From Carcharhinus amblyrhynchos (lineage: Eukaryota), in assembly GCA_965287045.1 (NCBI GenBank), contig OZ336873.1, positions 40,486,001 to 40,550,000 of the forward strand: a stretch of DNA of 64,000 bases, given 5' to 3'. The notes beneath the pieces were generated by a model. It ran no database searches, was not told the origin of the DNA, and was given only the letters and a program-made list of their open reading frames with translations. The position numbers were made by a program, and so were the translations under genes. Each line of letters starts with the position of its first letter. Within the stretch, counting starts at the first letter, position 1. Of this stretch, positions 25,031 through 36,597 are shown one piece after another.

Positions 25031-25170
25031 AGGAACATACAAACATAAGTAGCCAATCAGCCCCTTGAATTTGATCTGCCATTCAGTTAGATCATGGCTG
25101 ATCTGTACTTTAATTCCAATTACCTATTTTAGCTGCATATTGTTTTATACTCCTACCACACAAAAATCTC
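25031..25170 (-). mobile_element. CR1 3' tail fragment
   Basis: TAGCCAATCAGCCCCTTGAA...CTGCCATTCAGTTAGATCATGGCTGATC is a reversed CR1 tail (cf. 6690-6760). Confidence 0.65.
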
Positions 25171-25203
25171 CTACACCGATTGGAATGAGAGGGGAGGATT
25201 AGG

Positions 25204-25440
25204 TTTTTATTATTCATTCACAGGATGTGGACATCACAGGCAAGGCCAGCATTTATTGCCCATTACGAGTTGCCCTTGGGAAAATGGTGACGAGGCTCTT
25301 AATTAAACTGCTGCAGTCTGTGCAGCGAAGGTACTCCCATCGTGCTGTTAGATTGGGAGCTCCAGGATTCTGACTGGGCAACAAGGAAAGAACAGTGAAA
25401 TAGTTCAACATCAGAATGGTGCCATTCAACCTGGAAACAA
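25204..25440 (-). mobile_element. LINE 3' end (family of 22885-24350)
   Basis: ATTCATTCACAGGATGTGG...GGCCAGCATTTATTGCCCAT...TTGCCCTTG...TCCAGGATTCTGAC. Confidence 0.75.
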
Positions 25441-25477
25441 GGTGGTTATTGAAGAAGGGCAGCAATGATGTCATGAT

Positions 25478-25592
25478 CAATGTTTACCCCTCAACGAGTA
25501 CCACAAAAACAGCTTAACTGTTCATTTGTCTCATTATTATTTGTGGAACCAGCTTTTCCAAGAGGGTCACCATATTTTCCTGTATTACAATG
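25478..25592 (+). mobile_element. DeuSINE Deu-domain fragment
   Basis: CCCTCAAC...AAAAACAG...CTCATT...TTTGTGG...TTTTCCTGTATTACAA. Confidence 0.55.
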
Positions 25593-25955
25593 TGGGGGGG
25601 TGGGGGGCGGGCTGCAAGTTTGAGTTTGGTGGCATCAGCATAATATGGAAGGTGATCCTATATTTCCGAATATTGTCCCAAAGAGGAGGTGTGCTGATGG
25701 TGAAGAAGAAGGACCAAAGAAAGATCCAAAGATCCATTAGAAATAACAACTCAGACAAAGGAGGATAGACTATTGGCAATAATACAGTGCTTATATTGAG
25801 TCAGATCAGAACTAAATCAGAGAGATCAATGCCCCGAAGGTACACAGCACAGCAGAGGGACTAGATAAAAATGAGTGTTGAAGTGTCAAATGCAGCAGAG
25901 GATTATTAGAAGTCATGGTCATAAATGCACAAGAAACTGGACTGAATTTTACACA

Positions 25956-26312
25956 GATTTGATAGAGGCATATAAGATTTTGTTGGGTATAGATAGAGTG
26001 AACACAAGCAGGCTTTTCCACTGAGGCTAGGGGAGAAAAAAACCAGAGGGCATGGGTTAAGGGTGAAAGGAGAAAAGTTTAAAGGGAATATTAGGGGGGG
26101 CTTCTTCATGCAGAGAGTGGTGGGAGTGTGGAATGAGCCGTCAGATAAAGTGGTAAATGCTTTTAACATTTAAGAAAAACTTGGACGGGTTCATTGATGA
26201 GAGGGACGTGGGGGGATATGGTCCAAGTGCAGGTCAGTGGGACTGGGCAAAAAATGGTTCAGCACAGACAAGAAGGGCCAAAAGGCCTGTTTCTGAGCTG
26301 TAATTTTCTATG
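25956..26312 (+). mobile_element. CR1 LINE 3' fragment
   Basis: IEAYKI..GIDRV, TRGHGLRVKG, FFMQRVVGVWNE; tail GAAGGGCCAAAAGGCCTGTTTCTG. Confidence 0.85.
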
Positions 26313-26456
26313 GGTGGAGAGGATGGTGGTGAAGTCGCTGCTTCACGTCCTCCAGTGTAAAAGTCAGAGACGAGTCCATTTTTTAATGGATGTTGGACTT
26401 TTGATTGGCTTGAGGCAGGCCTTCCACTCTATTGGAGAAGTTTCCTCTTTTGAGGC

Positions 26457-26590
26457 TTTGACAAAGGGTCATCTGGACTCGGAACATCAGTTCTTTTCTT
26501 TCCTTACAGATGCTACCACACCTGCTGAAATTTTCCAACATTTTCTTTTTTGGTTTCAGATTCCAGCATCAGCAGTAATTTGCTCTTTCC
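26457..26590 (+). mobile_element. PLE-derived terminal fragment with decayed hammerhead
   Basis: TTGACAA-A-GGGTC-ATCTG-GACTC-GGAAC-ATCAG, then ACAGATGCT...TTTCAGATTCCAGCATC. Confidence 0.7.
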
Positions 26591-26977
26591 TTCCTTCTGA
26601 GAGCTTCTGAGAAATCAAATGGTTGGCAGTTCCCTTATCTAGTCAGCACCATCAAGAGTGGTGGCCACTGTTGGACTACAGGCAGTCCCTTGGAAAGAAA
26701 GGGCCAGGATGAAGGTAAGCTCCAGGGCCAGGCTGGCAGACACAAGTAAGTGGGTTGCTGGATTGACAGCGCTGGGAGGGAGAGGGGAGACACAAGAGAT
26801 GGGGTTATACAATGGGGCCCATATAGGAGGCAAGTTCTGAAGTCGCCACGATGTTACCAGGTTTTATTAGGTGGCCCGGATACTTTAAACTGGCCTCCTC
26901 TGCTAAAGTTAAAATCCCAATGGCGGTGGGATGAGATCTTTAAATGATCAATAATTGATCCATGGATGGGTGAGAGA

Positions 26978-27157
26978 GAACACAGTAAGAAGTCTCACAA
27001 TATCAGGTTAAAGTCCAACCAGTTTATTTAATAGTAAACCCACAAGCTTTTGGAAATGCTGTTCCTTCGTCAGGTATGTGGAAAGTTCCAGGACTTTAAC
27101 CTGGTGTTGAGAGACTTACTGTGTTTACCCCAGTCTGACGCCAGCATCTCCACATTA
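26978..27157. mobile_element. inverted pair of PLE pseudo-LTR fragments (related to the 10105 family) with minus-strand hammerhead at 27041-27078
   Basis: 26978-27080 is the reverse complement of the PLE 3' end; 27091-27157 is forward GGACTTTAACCTGGTGTTG...CCCCAGTC...CATCTCCACAT. Confidence 0.8.
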
Positions 27158-28668
27158 TGGTGAGGGGGGGCAGGTTAGAGGCATTGTGCCACTGGCATGA
27201 TCCCATGGTTGGTGGATGGAAGGTGTAAAATTCAGCACATTTCTTGTGAATTTGACCATTACAGTTTTGGGAAAATAAGTAGAACAGACGGATGCAAATC
27301 ATAGAATGTTTGGAGCAAAGTCACAAGGCAATATCACATTGAGGGGTTTAGAGAGGAAGCACAGGTTCAAGATAGGGCAATACTGAGAGTGAAGTTGTTT
27401 AGGGCGGGGTTCTTGAAGATAGTAACAACGACAACTTTGAAAGAGGTGTGGATGGGGCAAAACAAGAAACACAGGCTGATGAGGTTGGTAAGCATGGGGA
27501 GATGATATCTGGCTAGTCAGGATTTTAGTGATCTGTGAGCTGAAGGAAAATGGTGCTGCAAATATTGGGAAGGATGAGAGAATGATTGAGTTCAGGGAAA
27601 AAGAGGGAGTGGGGATGTTCAGTGGCAGCCAAAGAAAACAAACATTGTCAATTTGCTGTCTTCATTTGCACATCCAGTAAAATCCATGAGTTGATCACAT
27701 TTTGAGTTCAAGGTTTTGGTGGGGATGAAGGGGTAGGGAAGACAGGTCTGTGAAGGTGGTTTGCAGCATTGAAAAGGTGGTTTCTTTTCTCCAGGCTGAT
27801 TTCAAGTAGTCAACAATTTTGGTCAAGGAGTATGAACAGCTGGACAACTCGAGATATTCCAGCTGAAATCATACACTGTTTCAGTGTAGCTTTATTCACA
27901 TTTTATAATATTACATCTTCCACTGGTTATATTGGAGAGAAACTAATAACAAAGTGCATACAGTGTGGACAGTGGGCACAAATGTGATAGTATTTTGAAA
28001 AAGCAGATTAAATTAGGCTTTAAATGATTTAAATTGTGCAATGGTTGGGTATTTGAAAATTGATTGGAATTGATTCAGAATCATGTTTGTGTTCTGAATT
28101 CTACTTGACTCTTGCACAAGGAATGCATTATTCAGGGTAGGGATGTATGTTTGTGAGAAATAGGGAACCATGCATGGTAGGTTTAAAAAAATGTAATTAT
28201 TCTGTCTCTTTCACAATCTATGAAAAACCCAACAGAGTTCACTATGTCATTGTATTTGGCACTGTTACATTTGGGCTGATTTATTTGTTGTTCTGTGTTT
28301 GCAAATAAAGTGGACCTACTTCTGGACAATTGTTGAATGCAAGGAGTGGCATCCCATTGGAAACCCTGAATGAAGGAGACATTGGCCTAAACGTTCACAC
28401 AAAGGTTTTGTTACTTGGAACATGAGCAGAAACATGCATACCATTACCCAAACGATTAACATCACTTGAAATCTAGGGTGTTTACAGACAGCATTAAGTT
28501 TGCATTAGTTACCCGCTTTCATGATGTACAAACCACAAAGTGGAGTAATAGCTGATGTGGCTCCCTTCAAATCATGTCATAGTACAATTTTTTAAAAATC
28601 TTTTTATTCCCTGCATCAGTAAATTCAAATTGACTGCTTGCTAAATGAGGATTTAAATCAGAGATAAT

Positions 28669-29162
28669 GGGCAGAATTTTTGGAAGGACAGGAATCTTGA
28701 CCTGCTTTGCTTCTTTTGAGAAGATCTGTCACATTTTGTGCCTCATTGGCACAAAAAAATTCAGCCCTCTGAGAGCTTTTCTGGTAGCAGCTATTCTGTG
28801 TTCAGCATTGCACTGGGGATGCAGTGGCTGCTGCTTGTGTGAAACCCACCTGAGGCTTCGGACTGAGGAAGGGTCCAGGAACAGGTGTGCGATTATGCTA
28901 AGGGGTTCACAGGGAAGGGGAACGGAGCAAGCGTTGGCAGCAAGGCCAGGTGGCACGGCTCTCAACTGGCCACCTGTTCCTAATTCCAGGTCCCTCCATT
29001 CGGTACTGAGTGCTTTTGAAAGAGGGACTCCTGCCTGGAGACTGCAATCAGAGTTGAGGTGAGAAGGTGGCAGAGTCCCCAACTGCTACCTCTCATCTGA
29101 TTAAATGCCCCCAGCACCAAACCCACAAGATGGACAGTCTTGGAGAGCACAAGATTCTGCCC
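28669..29162. mobile_element. Harbinger-type MITE
   Basis: TIRs GGGCAGAATTTT / AAGATTCTGCCC (11/12 match); flanks AAT / AAC. Confidence 0.7.
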
Positions 29163-29294
29163 AACAATTCTGGCCTATGGGCTCTTGTGTTTTTTTTTCA
29201 GACATTCAACTGTTCAGAGCATCGTCCTAACATGTCTTATTTTCATATCTAGAAACTCATTTTCAAAAGAATCTGACTGTGAATTGGACACTTT

Positions 29295-29898
29295 GGGCTG
29301 GGATCTTCCAGCCACATGGAGACCAAGGTGGAGGTGGGGGTCTGGGAAAGTATGTATTCGCTTGGCTGCCCAATGCATTCCTGCCTCCAGGTGACTTTTC
29401 TCTGGGCAGATTGGGAACCAGATGAACAGCCAGTCGCCCAATTATGGCTACTTAGAGGCCATTTTGTGCCAGTGCTGGTATTTTACTGACATCGAGCTGT
29501 TCACTCAATGCGTGGAGGCCACAGTTAAGGCCATCACCTGACAGCACCAGGAGAACATTGGTGCTGGAAACTTCATGCTTCCTTGAAGGAACTTTGGGGA
29601 TGAAAGGCTGAAACTTTGACTGAGAATAGGCCCTAGAGGCTTTGGGCCTCTTTGATTTGTAACTTCAATGCAGGTATATAAGAGTGCCTCTGTGTAAGAC
29701 TGCTGACCTGACAATGCAGCTTGCCCTCTGATCAAGCTTGCAGCCTCAGGAATCTTCCCACTGTTCTTAATAGTGTAGCAAGCATGGAGGTGGCCAAGTA
29801 TGTTGTTTCTCAGAAGTTTGTACTGATGAATACACTAACAAGATGGGCCACCTAAGGTCTAACATCAATGTCCTGACATCTACTAGAAAATCCAGTCC
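29295..29898. mobile_element. Harbinger-type MITE
   Basis: Imperfect TIRs GGGCTGGGATCTTC / GAAAATCCAGTCC. Confidence 0.55.
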
Positions 29899-30441
29899 AT
29901 GGGAGGGAAGAGCTGCTCTTCATGGAAAGCTTTGCAAGAATCTGATTATCCGATATATTGATAGACATGTAATTTATGATGTTGAAAGTTGTGTGTCTCT
30001 ATTTTGATGACACACGTACCATGTGTAAGCATTTTACTGAGATATATGTCTCATAGCACTGATGGATATATCAGTGCACTCTTACAGAATAGCTGTTTTG
30101 CTCCTTGGGCCTACGGCCACATACCAAAATGCTACAACTATAGTACAAATAGTGATAATAGAATACTAATCACAGCCTTTAATCAACCATGATGCACTAA
30201 CTGTATGAACTAAATATGGTCAAGCACAAAAAAAATCCACAATGTAAAACTGTAGGATGTGCAGCTCATTTCACACAATCTCTTAACCTCTCACCTGAAT
30301 GACAAGGTCACGTGTGTGTTATAAATACTCTGGGAGAAACTGGGATGTGATGTCCTCAAAAACAGTAATCAAAGGTAGAATATTGTTCAGCCAATGTAAC
30401 AAGCTGACATGTACTTACCAAATAAACTTAGCAATCTCTCA

Positions 30442-30558
30442 AGTGGGATTTTCCAACCCCACAAACCAGAAAATCCTGCCTGAGATCAACGGACCTTTGC
30501 ATGATCTGCCCATTGCCTGCTACGATTCCCATTATGGGCGGGATGGAAAATTTCCTCG
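30442..30558. mobile_element. short Harbinger-type MITE
   Basis: GTGGGATTTTCC...GAGATCAACGGACCTTTGC...GGAAAATTTCCTC. Confidence 0.65.
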
Positions 30559-31267
30559 CTAGAGTGGATGTATTAGCATTTCTGGCTATTGTGATTTCTC
30601 AATTAGTCTTCTAAATAGTTGGAATTAATTAATGAGTAAAATATGTAAGAGAATAATTTCCACAGGGTTCTCCTCTGCAGTTTTGGCAGGGATTGGTGGA
30701 AACCTTGAGACAATCCACATAAACTGTAATTTAAACCATTTCCACAAAAACTAATGCAGGAGACCAGGAAACTTTCCCCCAACACCCAGGGACATTCTGA
30801 GCGGTGGTTATATTAAGCTTGAAGTGCAGAAGTAAGTGAGAACCTTTTATTACTATAAACAGCAGAAAGGAAAATAACAAAATACTGATTTATAAATTGT
30901 CCACAAAAATGTATTTCTCCTTTTGATATTGATTTCAGTGAAGAGTTTTTTTTAGCTCAGCAATATAGTTAAGAATTTCCAGTGAAGAAATACTTTATTT
31001 TTGATTGACAGGTGATGGACCATCAGTTTTCTTTAGTTTTGATTGGTATGCTCTGCCTTGAGGATACACCTGGAATCACGTCAGTCCGCTGACAAAAAAG
31101 AAAACTTATAATTCCTTATGGTTACTTCATGCATCATAATGTGTTTTGTTCTGGAAACTGAAGTACCAACATTGAAATTTCAGTATACTCTGAAGCTAGT
31201 TTCAATATCATGAGAATATTGACATTGATTCTATGAAGAAGCTGTTAGGATACTAAAGGTTATGAAG

Positions 31268-31432
31268 GTAGAGTTTCCTTAGGGATTCAGCCAATCTCCT
31301 GCCGTAAGACTGATGGAAGATCGGTAGAAGCCCTGGGGAAATAGTGTGAGTAGCTGTTTTAGCTGTGTCGCTGAGGTTTCTGCCAAAGCCCTGCCAAAGT
31401 TATAGTGAGAGATCAGAAAAAACCCATTCTAC
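31268..31432. repeat. old palindromic (hairpin) element; related copy at about 30655-30800
   Basis: Ends GTAGA / TCTAC; arms show degenerate inverted similarity; GGTTTCTGCCAAAGCCCTGCCAAAG is the inverse of TTTTGGCAGGGATTGGTGGAAACC at about 30680. Confidence 0.5.
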
Positions 31433-32552
31433 AGGATGGTATCTTAGAGAAAGTATTAAAAGTGCCAAGTGCTTATGTTCCTACCTTTGTAATGATTACA
31501 CATTAAACATGAATTTATCCTTTATAATAAGGAGGTTGCAGAAGCCCATTCATGCAGAAATATTCTATTGGATTAAAACGCCCTATAATGACTTATTAAA
31601 TTCAATGTAATATACATTGGAAAGCTCAGGGAACTTTTGCAGTAAACAGTGTGCTGTGTTAAATGACTGTGATAATATAAATTTCATTTGTATTTGCTAT
31701 TTTGGATGCTGCCACATCTGCAGGTACCTCCATACTACTGGAAGTAATCACTTCTGATTTGAAAGTTCAATGTGAACTGCTACTGGAAATCAGAAAGTAA
31801 TTCTCTCAAACGCAGAAACAATAAAGGTTCCATATTGAGGGCTGCATAAGCAGCATTGCAATAATACCCATGTGGTTTTTCCTTTCTTTGCTTTGAATAT
31901 CACCACAAACAGACAATTTAATACATCATGCCTAACCTTTAGCAGTAAAATTGTTCTTCAATAATAATGTGCTACAGAATACAATCAAGCAACACAGTAT
32001 TAGAACTCACAGCTTTTGCTGAGAATACAAAATGCATTATTATTCTCCAATAAAAGATAACAATGAAGGCTGCAATCTACATCCCAAATTTAAGCAAACA
32101 AAGTACATTAAGACACATTAAAAATTCTGTTTTAGCTATTGAAGTTGCTTTAGTAGATAGTGTTTGGAAAACAATGAATTGCTAACTTTCAGGAAAATGC
32201 CATGCTGTGAGATGAATATGTAACCTGAAGAACAATTAATTGAAAGTGGAAGAGCAATAGATTTGCTCACTCTTGTTATATCATACATCACCAGATTTAC
32301 TCAGTGGCAAGATCCACATCAAGCCTGGTTTCAGTGAAGATCCTTAAGTGGATGTAAGCTATGCCTTGGTATATGCTATATATGTATGAGCGGACCAATA
32401 CTTGGAAACAGGATATCCAGTTAAAAAGATGGCCAGAATGGTCAAAAGTTGAGAATATTTTCACTGTGGTGATTTGATTACAGTTGACTAAAATGCATAC
32501 TTTTTAATGTGGCATTTTTTAAATGGATCATCTTTGTTACTGTTTGAACAAC

Positions 32553-33108
32553 GCCCGGGCCAATATTTATCCCTCAATCAACATCTCAGAGACAGATTTT
32601 CTTGCCATTGTCATATTCCTGATTGTGAGAGGTTGCTGTGCATAAATTGTCTGCCACTGTTTCTATATTTTGCAACAGGACCACAGCCCTCAGAAGTGCA
32701 TTATTGGCTGTAAATCACTTTGGGTTAAACAACTGTCATCAATGATGACAGTAGCACCATGGTTAGCACTTTTGCCTCACAGCACAAGGGACCCAGGTTC
32801 AATCCCAGTCTTGGATGATCGTGTGAAGCTTGTGCACTCTCCCTGCATCTCTTAGGAGTTCCTTCAAGTGTTCTGGCTTCCTCTCACAATCCAAAGATGT
32901 GCAGGTTAGGTGGATTGGCCATGTTAAATTGTCCCTTGGTATCCCAAGATATATAGGTTAGATGGGTTAGCCCTGGTGAATGTGAGGGGGAGAGGGCCTG
33001 GGTAAGACAGTCTGTCAAGAGAGTTGGTGCAGACTCGATGGGCTGAATGGCTTCCACCTGCACTGTTGGGATTTTATGATTCAATGAAATGCAAGTTTTT
33101 CATTTTTC
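32553..33108 (+). mobile_element. DeuSINE 3' half (32553-32746, tail resumes 33088-33108), interrupted by HE1
   Basis: GGCCAATATTTATCCCTCAATCAACATC...TTGCTGTGCATAAATTG...ATTGGCTGTAAATCACTTTGGG ... AAATGCAAG. Confidence 0.8.
32747..33087 (+). mobile_element. HE1 V-SINE
   Basis: TGGTTAGCAC...GCCTCACAGCAC, GGTTCAATCCC, V-domain, tail GACTCGATGGGCTGAATGGC...TATGATTC. Confidence 0.9.
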
Positions 33109-33117
33109 TTAAGCAAG

Positions 33118-33203
33118 CAGTCTCACAATACCAGGTTAAAGTCCAACAGGTTTATTTGGAATAATGAGCTTTTGGAGCACTGCTCCTTCATTGGGTGAGT
33201 GGA
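33118..33203 (-). mobile_element. PLE pseudo-LTR fragment with decayed hammerhead (33164-33200)
   Basis: Minus strand: TCCACTCAC-CCAATGA-A-GGAGC-AGT-GCTCC-AAAA-GCTC...AAATAAACCTGTTGGACTTTAACCTGG. Confidence 0.75.
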
Positions 33204-33224
33204 CATTTTTTAAGATTGAGGCTG

Positions 33225-33630
33225 TTGCATTATTGAATGCACATCACAGTTAAGTTCCAGTTAAAAGAACTGCTGAACTTAGCTAATTGAAGAATGACCA
33301 ACTGACTCAAACAGACCGGGAGACTCAGCATTGACCTTGGGTCCATAATGATCTCAGCAGGGGCAGTACTATGGGCACCACAGTTGGCCATAATATGTCT
33401 GGGTGAGAGAGCAGAGAAAATTCAGTCAAGGTTCCAGTTGTTGATTGCTATCCTGCTGGAGAAATATGTTTGTGGATATCAGGTGAGAACAGAATTGGTT
33501 GTCTATTGAAGAGTTGGAAAGCACACTATATGGGTTTACATAAGAAGAATAATGACGCATCTCAGTGTTGGTAAAAAATTACCCCTAGCAAAGAGTTAAT
33601 TAATGTCTGTAGAAGAGGAGGGAGAAAAGT
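33225..33630 (+). mobile_element. old SINE-like repeat (related minus-strand copy at 41950-42230)
   Basis: GCTGAACTTAGC...GATCTCAGCAGGGGCAG...GAAAATTCAGTCAAGG...TGAGAACAGAATTGG resembles the reverse complement of 41950-42230. Confidence 0.45.
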
Positions 33631-33851
33631 TGACTTAATTTAAGATAGGGAGGAAAACATTGCTTAAAGTAAAAAACACCTAGAGAAAAACAGGAGGACT
33701 GATAAGCCAATGACAGTACAGTTGGTACCAGAATTGATAAAAAAAAGTATCATTCACAGATACCACAAACGTATAGGCTTTCCCAAGTTTTTTTACAGGA
33801 ACAGAAGTTTAAGCAGTATAGATTAGATAACATTGATGCCTTTAAGATTAT

Positions 33852-34945
33852 GGGAAGAATTTTCCCAAAAAATGGTGGTGTGAAAATGACAAGAAAACTG
33901 GAACGATTCGCACCAGTCTGTCTGGCACAGTCTGGATTGCAAATGTCCCACATGGGAGAGTGGTGAGTTGCGTGCCAGTTCTGGGAGAGGCGGAGCCTAA
34001 ACAGGCCAGTGAGCTTGGCTGCAGAGCGATTGGGTGCTATTTTGAAAGCACACCTGATTTCACATTGTACTGGGAGACACATTGCCTTCACCCACGGATA
34101 TCAGAACACCACCAACCGCACCCCCCCCCCCCCCCCCCCCCCCACCCCACCACCCCGGCCTCCATCAGTGGCATGTTTTTCTATCTGTCTCCAACATGAA
34201 TTGCCAGAATTGGGGCATTAGGGTCCTCCCAGCGAGTCCCCATTCACGATCCCGATGTGACCCATTCGCACCCCACCCCTTCACGACCCCCACTTCATGT
34301 TCCGCCCCTTCATGCCCCACTCCTTCAAGACCCCCCCTGCATAGCCCCCCCCCCCTCGTTGCATAACCTTCACTCTGGCCCTGCCAAGAATGACCAACTA
34401 AGCCAAACAGACTGGGAGACTCAGAGTTGACATTGGGTCCATAATGATCTCAGTACACACTCCACAGACCCCACTACACTGCCCCAGCACACTAGCAGTA
34501 CCCACCTAGCACAGCCCATCTGACACTGCCAGTGTACCAAGTGGCCACTGTGCCAGGTGGGCACTGACAGAAGGGCACTTCTCAACCATGACCCAGACCA
34601 CCTGGGGGCTTCCATGGCCTCTGAGCCCCCCAGTATGGTTAAAATGCCTGTTCTTGGCTAGCGGTCATGATTCCTGCCAGAGTCGCACCACGCCCGAGAA
34701 TCAGACGATCCCAGGAGCTGGGAGAATCAGCGTCAAATGCGCTAAACATACTTAAATGCTGTTTTAAATATGCCAATTCGCCTTGCGTCCATACTGGGCG
34801 TGATCTGATTTGCACCAGTAGAAAGGGACTGGGATGATTGCAAACTGTTTAGCACCAGGTGCAAAAACCACTTTTCGGCCTGGACACAATTTTCCAGTAT
34901 TGGTGTGATCTGTGCCAGGCATGGCAAGGCCAGAATACCACCCCC
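33852..34945. mobile_element. Harbinger-type non-autonomous element with TAT target-site duplication
   Basis: TAT|GGGAAGAATTTTCCC ... CAGAATACCACCCCC|TAT; C-rich interior; TTAAATG...TTTAAATATGC motif shared with 13840-13875. Confidence 0.65.
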
Positions 34946-35249
34946 TATATAGGCAACTGTGACATATAAAGGGAACTGAAGCCCTTTATACTGGTTGAAT
35001 TTTTATCAATATAGACACCAACAGTTCTTTATTCTACATGGCAGTTGTCAAGTAGAATAGGACATTTCTAACTACAGTTTATTGCTGGGCCATTGATTGT
35101 ACATCTAGCAATGTGCAATATGTAACAAGTGATCATGTCCAAATCATATACTGGGTTAGGTACAGATTAATTATGGAAATGCAACATCGTCTTCATGAGT
35201 TTTAATTTTCTTGCTGTTTCAAACATTTCAAGACAGTTATTTTGCAATG

Positions 35250-35358
35250 TTATGGGAATAAATTGAAATGTGGGACTAAGCTGAGCAGCCCTTTCAAAGA
35301 CTTGGCACTGGCACAAGAGGCCAACTCACCGCCTTCTGTTCTGTGGGGTTCCATGATA
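35250..35358 (+). mobile_element. CR1-type 3' tail fragment
   Basis: GTGGGACTAA...CTTTCAAAGA...GGCACAAGAGGCC...CCTTCTGTTCTGT...TTCCATGAT. Confidence 0.5.
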
Positions 35359-36597
35359 TCACTCTAGGTCAATTTTAACTGTAGTGGAAAGCTAGGGTGG
35401 TGATGGGGATGGGGATAGGGGCGTCAGTGGTGGAGGGGATCGCCATGCCTCTGGGGGAATAAGGGAGGGGGCGGTGAAAGATGGCAAGCCTGCACAGGAG
35501 TGTCAAAAGCCCAGATTTTAACTATCAGTCTTCATTTGGATGCTGCCAATCAGTTGCTCCTGGCAGAAAGCAGCAGCTGGTTGGCAAAGCAGGACTAAGA
35601 TCAAGACAGAAGATGTGGTTGGGCTTTAATAAAGCAACTGTCTCTTTAAGAAGTAGGAGGGGGCAGAGGAAGGAAATGTCGGGCGTCTGATACAAGCTTT
35701 GTTACAAAAGCAGCAACTGGCTTTGAAAGGCAGTCTTTTGTTTTTGTTTGAAACTGATGATTGTATGAGGACAATTAATAGTTTCATTAATCTGGGCCAC
35801 AGTATAAAGCATCTAGATTGAGAAATGTAACGCAAAATCTTGGCCCACCCAGAAGGAAAAAACAGTTGGAATCAGTGTTCTTATTTCCCTGTGTTACTGT
35901 TTTTTCCTTCTGGAAACTGTTCAGCCTCATCTTTTAGGGTTGTTCTATAATCGAGCCATAAGCAGTTAATGTGAGCAATTTTGTGTGTATTGCTCAACCA
36001 TCCTTAATATGGAGAAGCAACTGCCTTTTCATGATAAGGGTAATTTTCTGTTAAGTGTTTCGTTTTCCAGTCCATATCCCTTTCTCACCACTGCAAATGC
36101 TAATCTATTAATTGCTCATCTATCCTCTAGTCTAGACAGTGTACATATCATATGGTAACCAGTCCTAAACCAGCAATATAAATTTACTTTTGCTTTGCAA
36201 TACTTCTTCGTGCTTTTAAATTTGGAAATCAGCAATATAGTAACATGGTAAAAGAAAAAAAATATGCTCTGGAAGGCACCAGTGCTGAAATATGATACAT
36301 TATGCTCATGAATGATAATCTTTTATCAGCAATGCTCATAATTTAATTGTTTGCTTATCAAATGGTGAATAAATAATACTACCAAACCTGTAATTTCCCC
36401 AATTGCTAATCACCAGGATTAAAGAGCTGCGGCTGGGCTTTCTTGCTACAATTGGCCGTTGAGAAGGTAGCACTGTTGACTTTGTTACCTCTTTCAACTT
36501 TTCTGATTTTCTAATCTGTGATGAAAAAGCCAACACGAAGTCTGTGTTACCTCCACAGCTACTACCAATACAGTGTCTTTCAGTTAATACAGTTGAG

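Larger units (their letters stand above)
25939..27238. mobile_element. MITE hosting three nested retroelement inserts
   Basis: TIRs GGACTGAATTTTACAC (25939-25954) and GTGTAAAATTCAGCAC (27223-27238), 14/16 match. Confidence 0.7.
25605..27870 (-). mobile_element. old L2-clade LINE RT remnant (25605-25938 and 27239-27870) interrupted by a MITE
   Basis: Minus-strand remnants PLWDNIRKYRITFH, YADATKL, SAAFDT and PMLTNLISL...SFKVVVVT, collinear with L2 RT. Confidence 0.6.

Noticed and set aside
33960-34366. Poly-proline ORFs
   Set aside because: Poly-C tract inside a MITE
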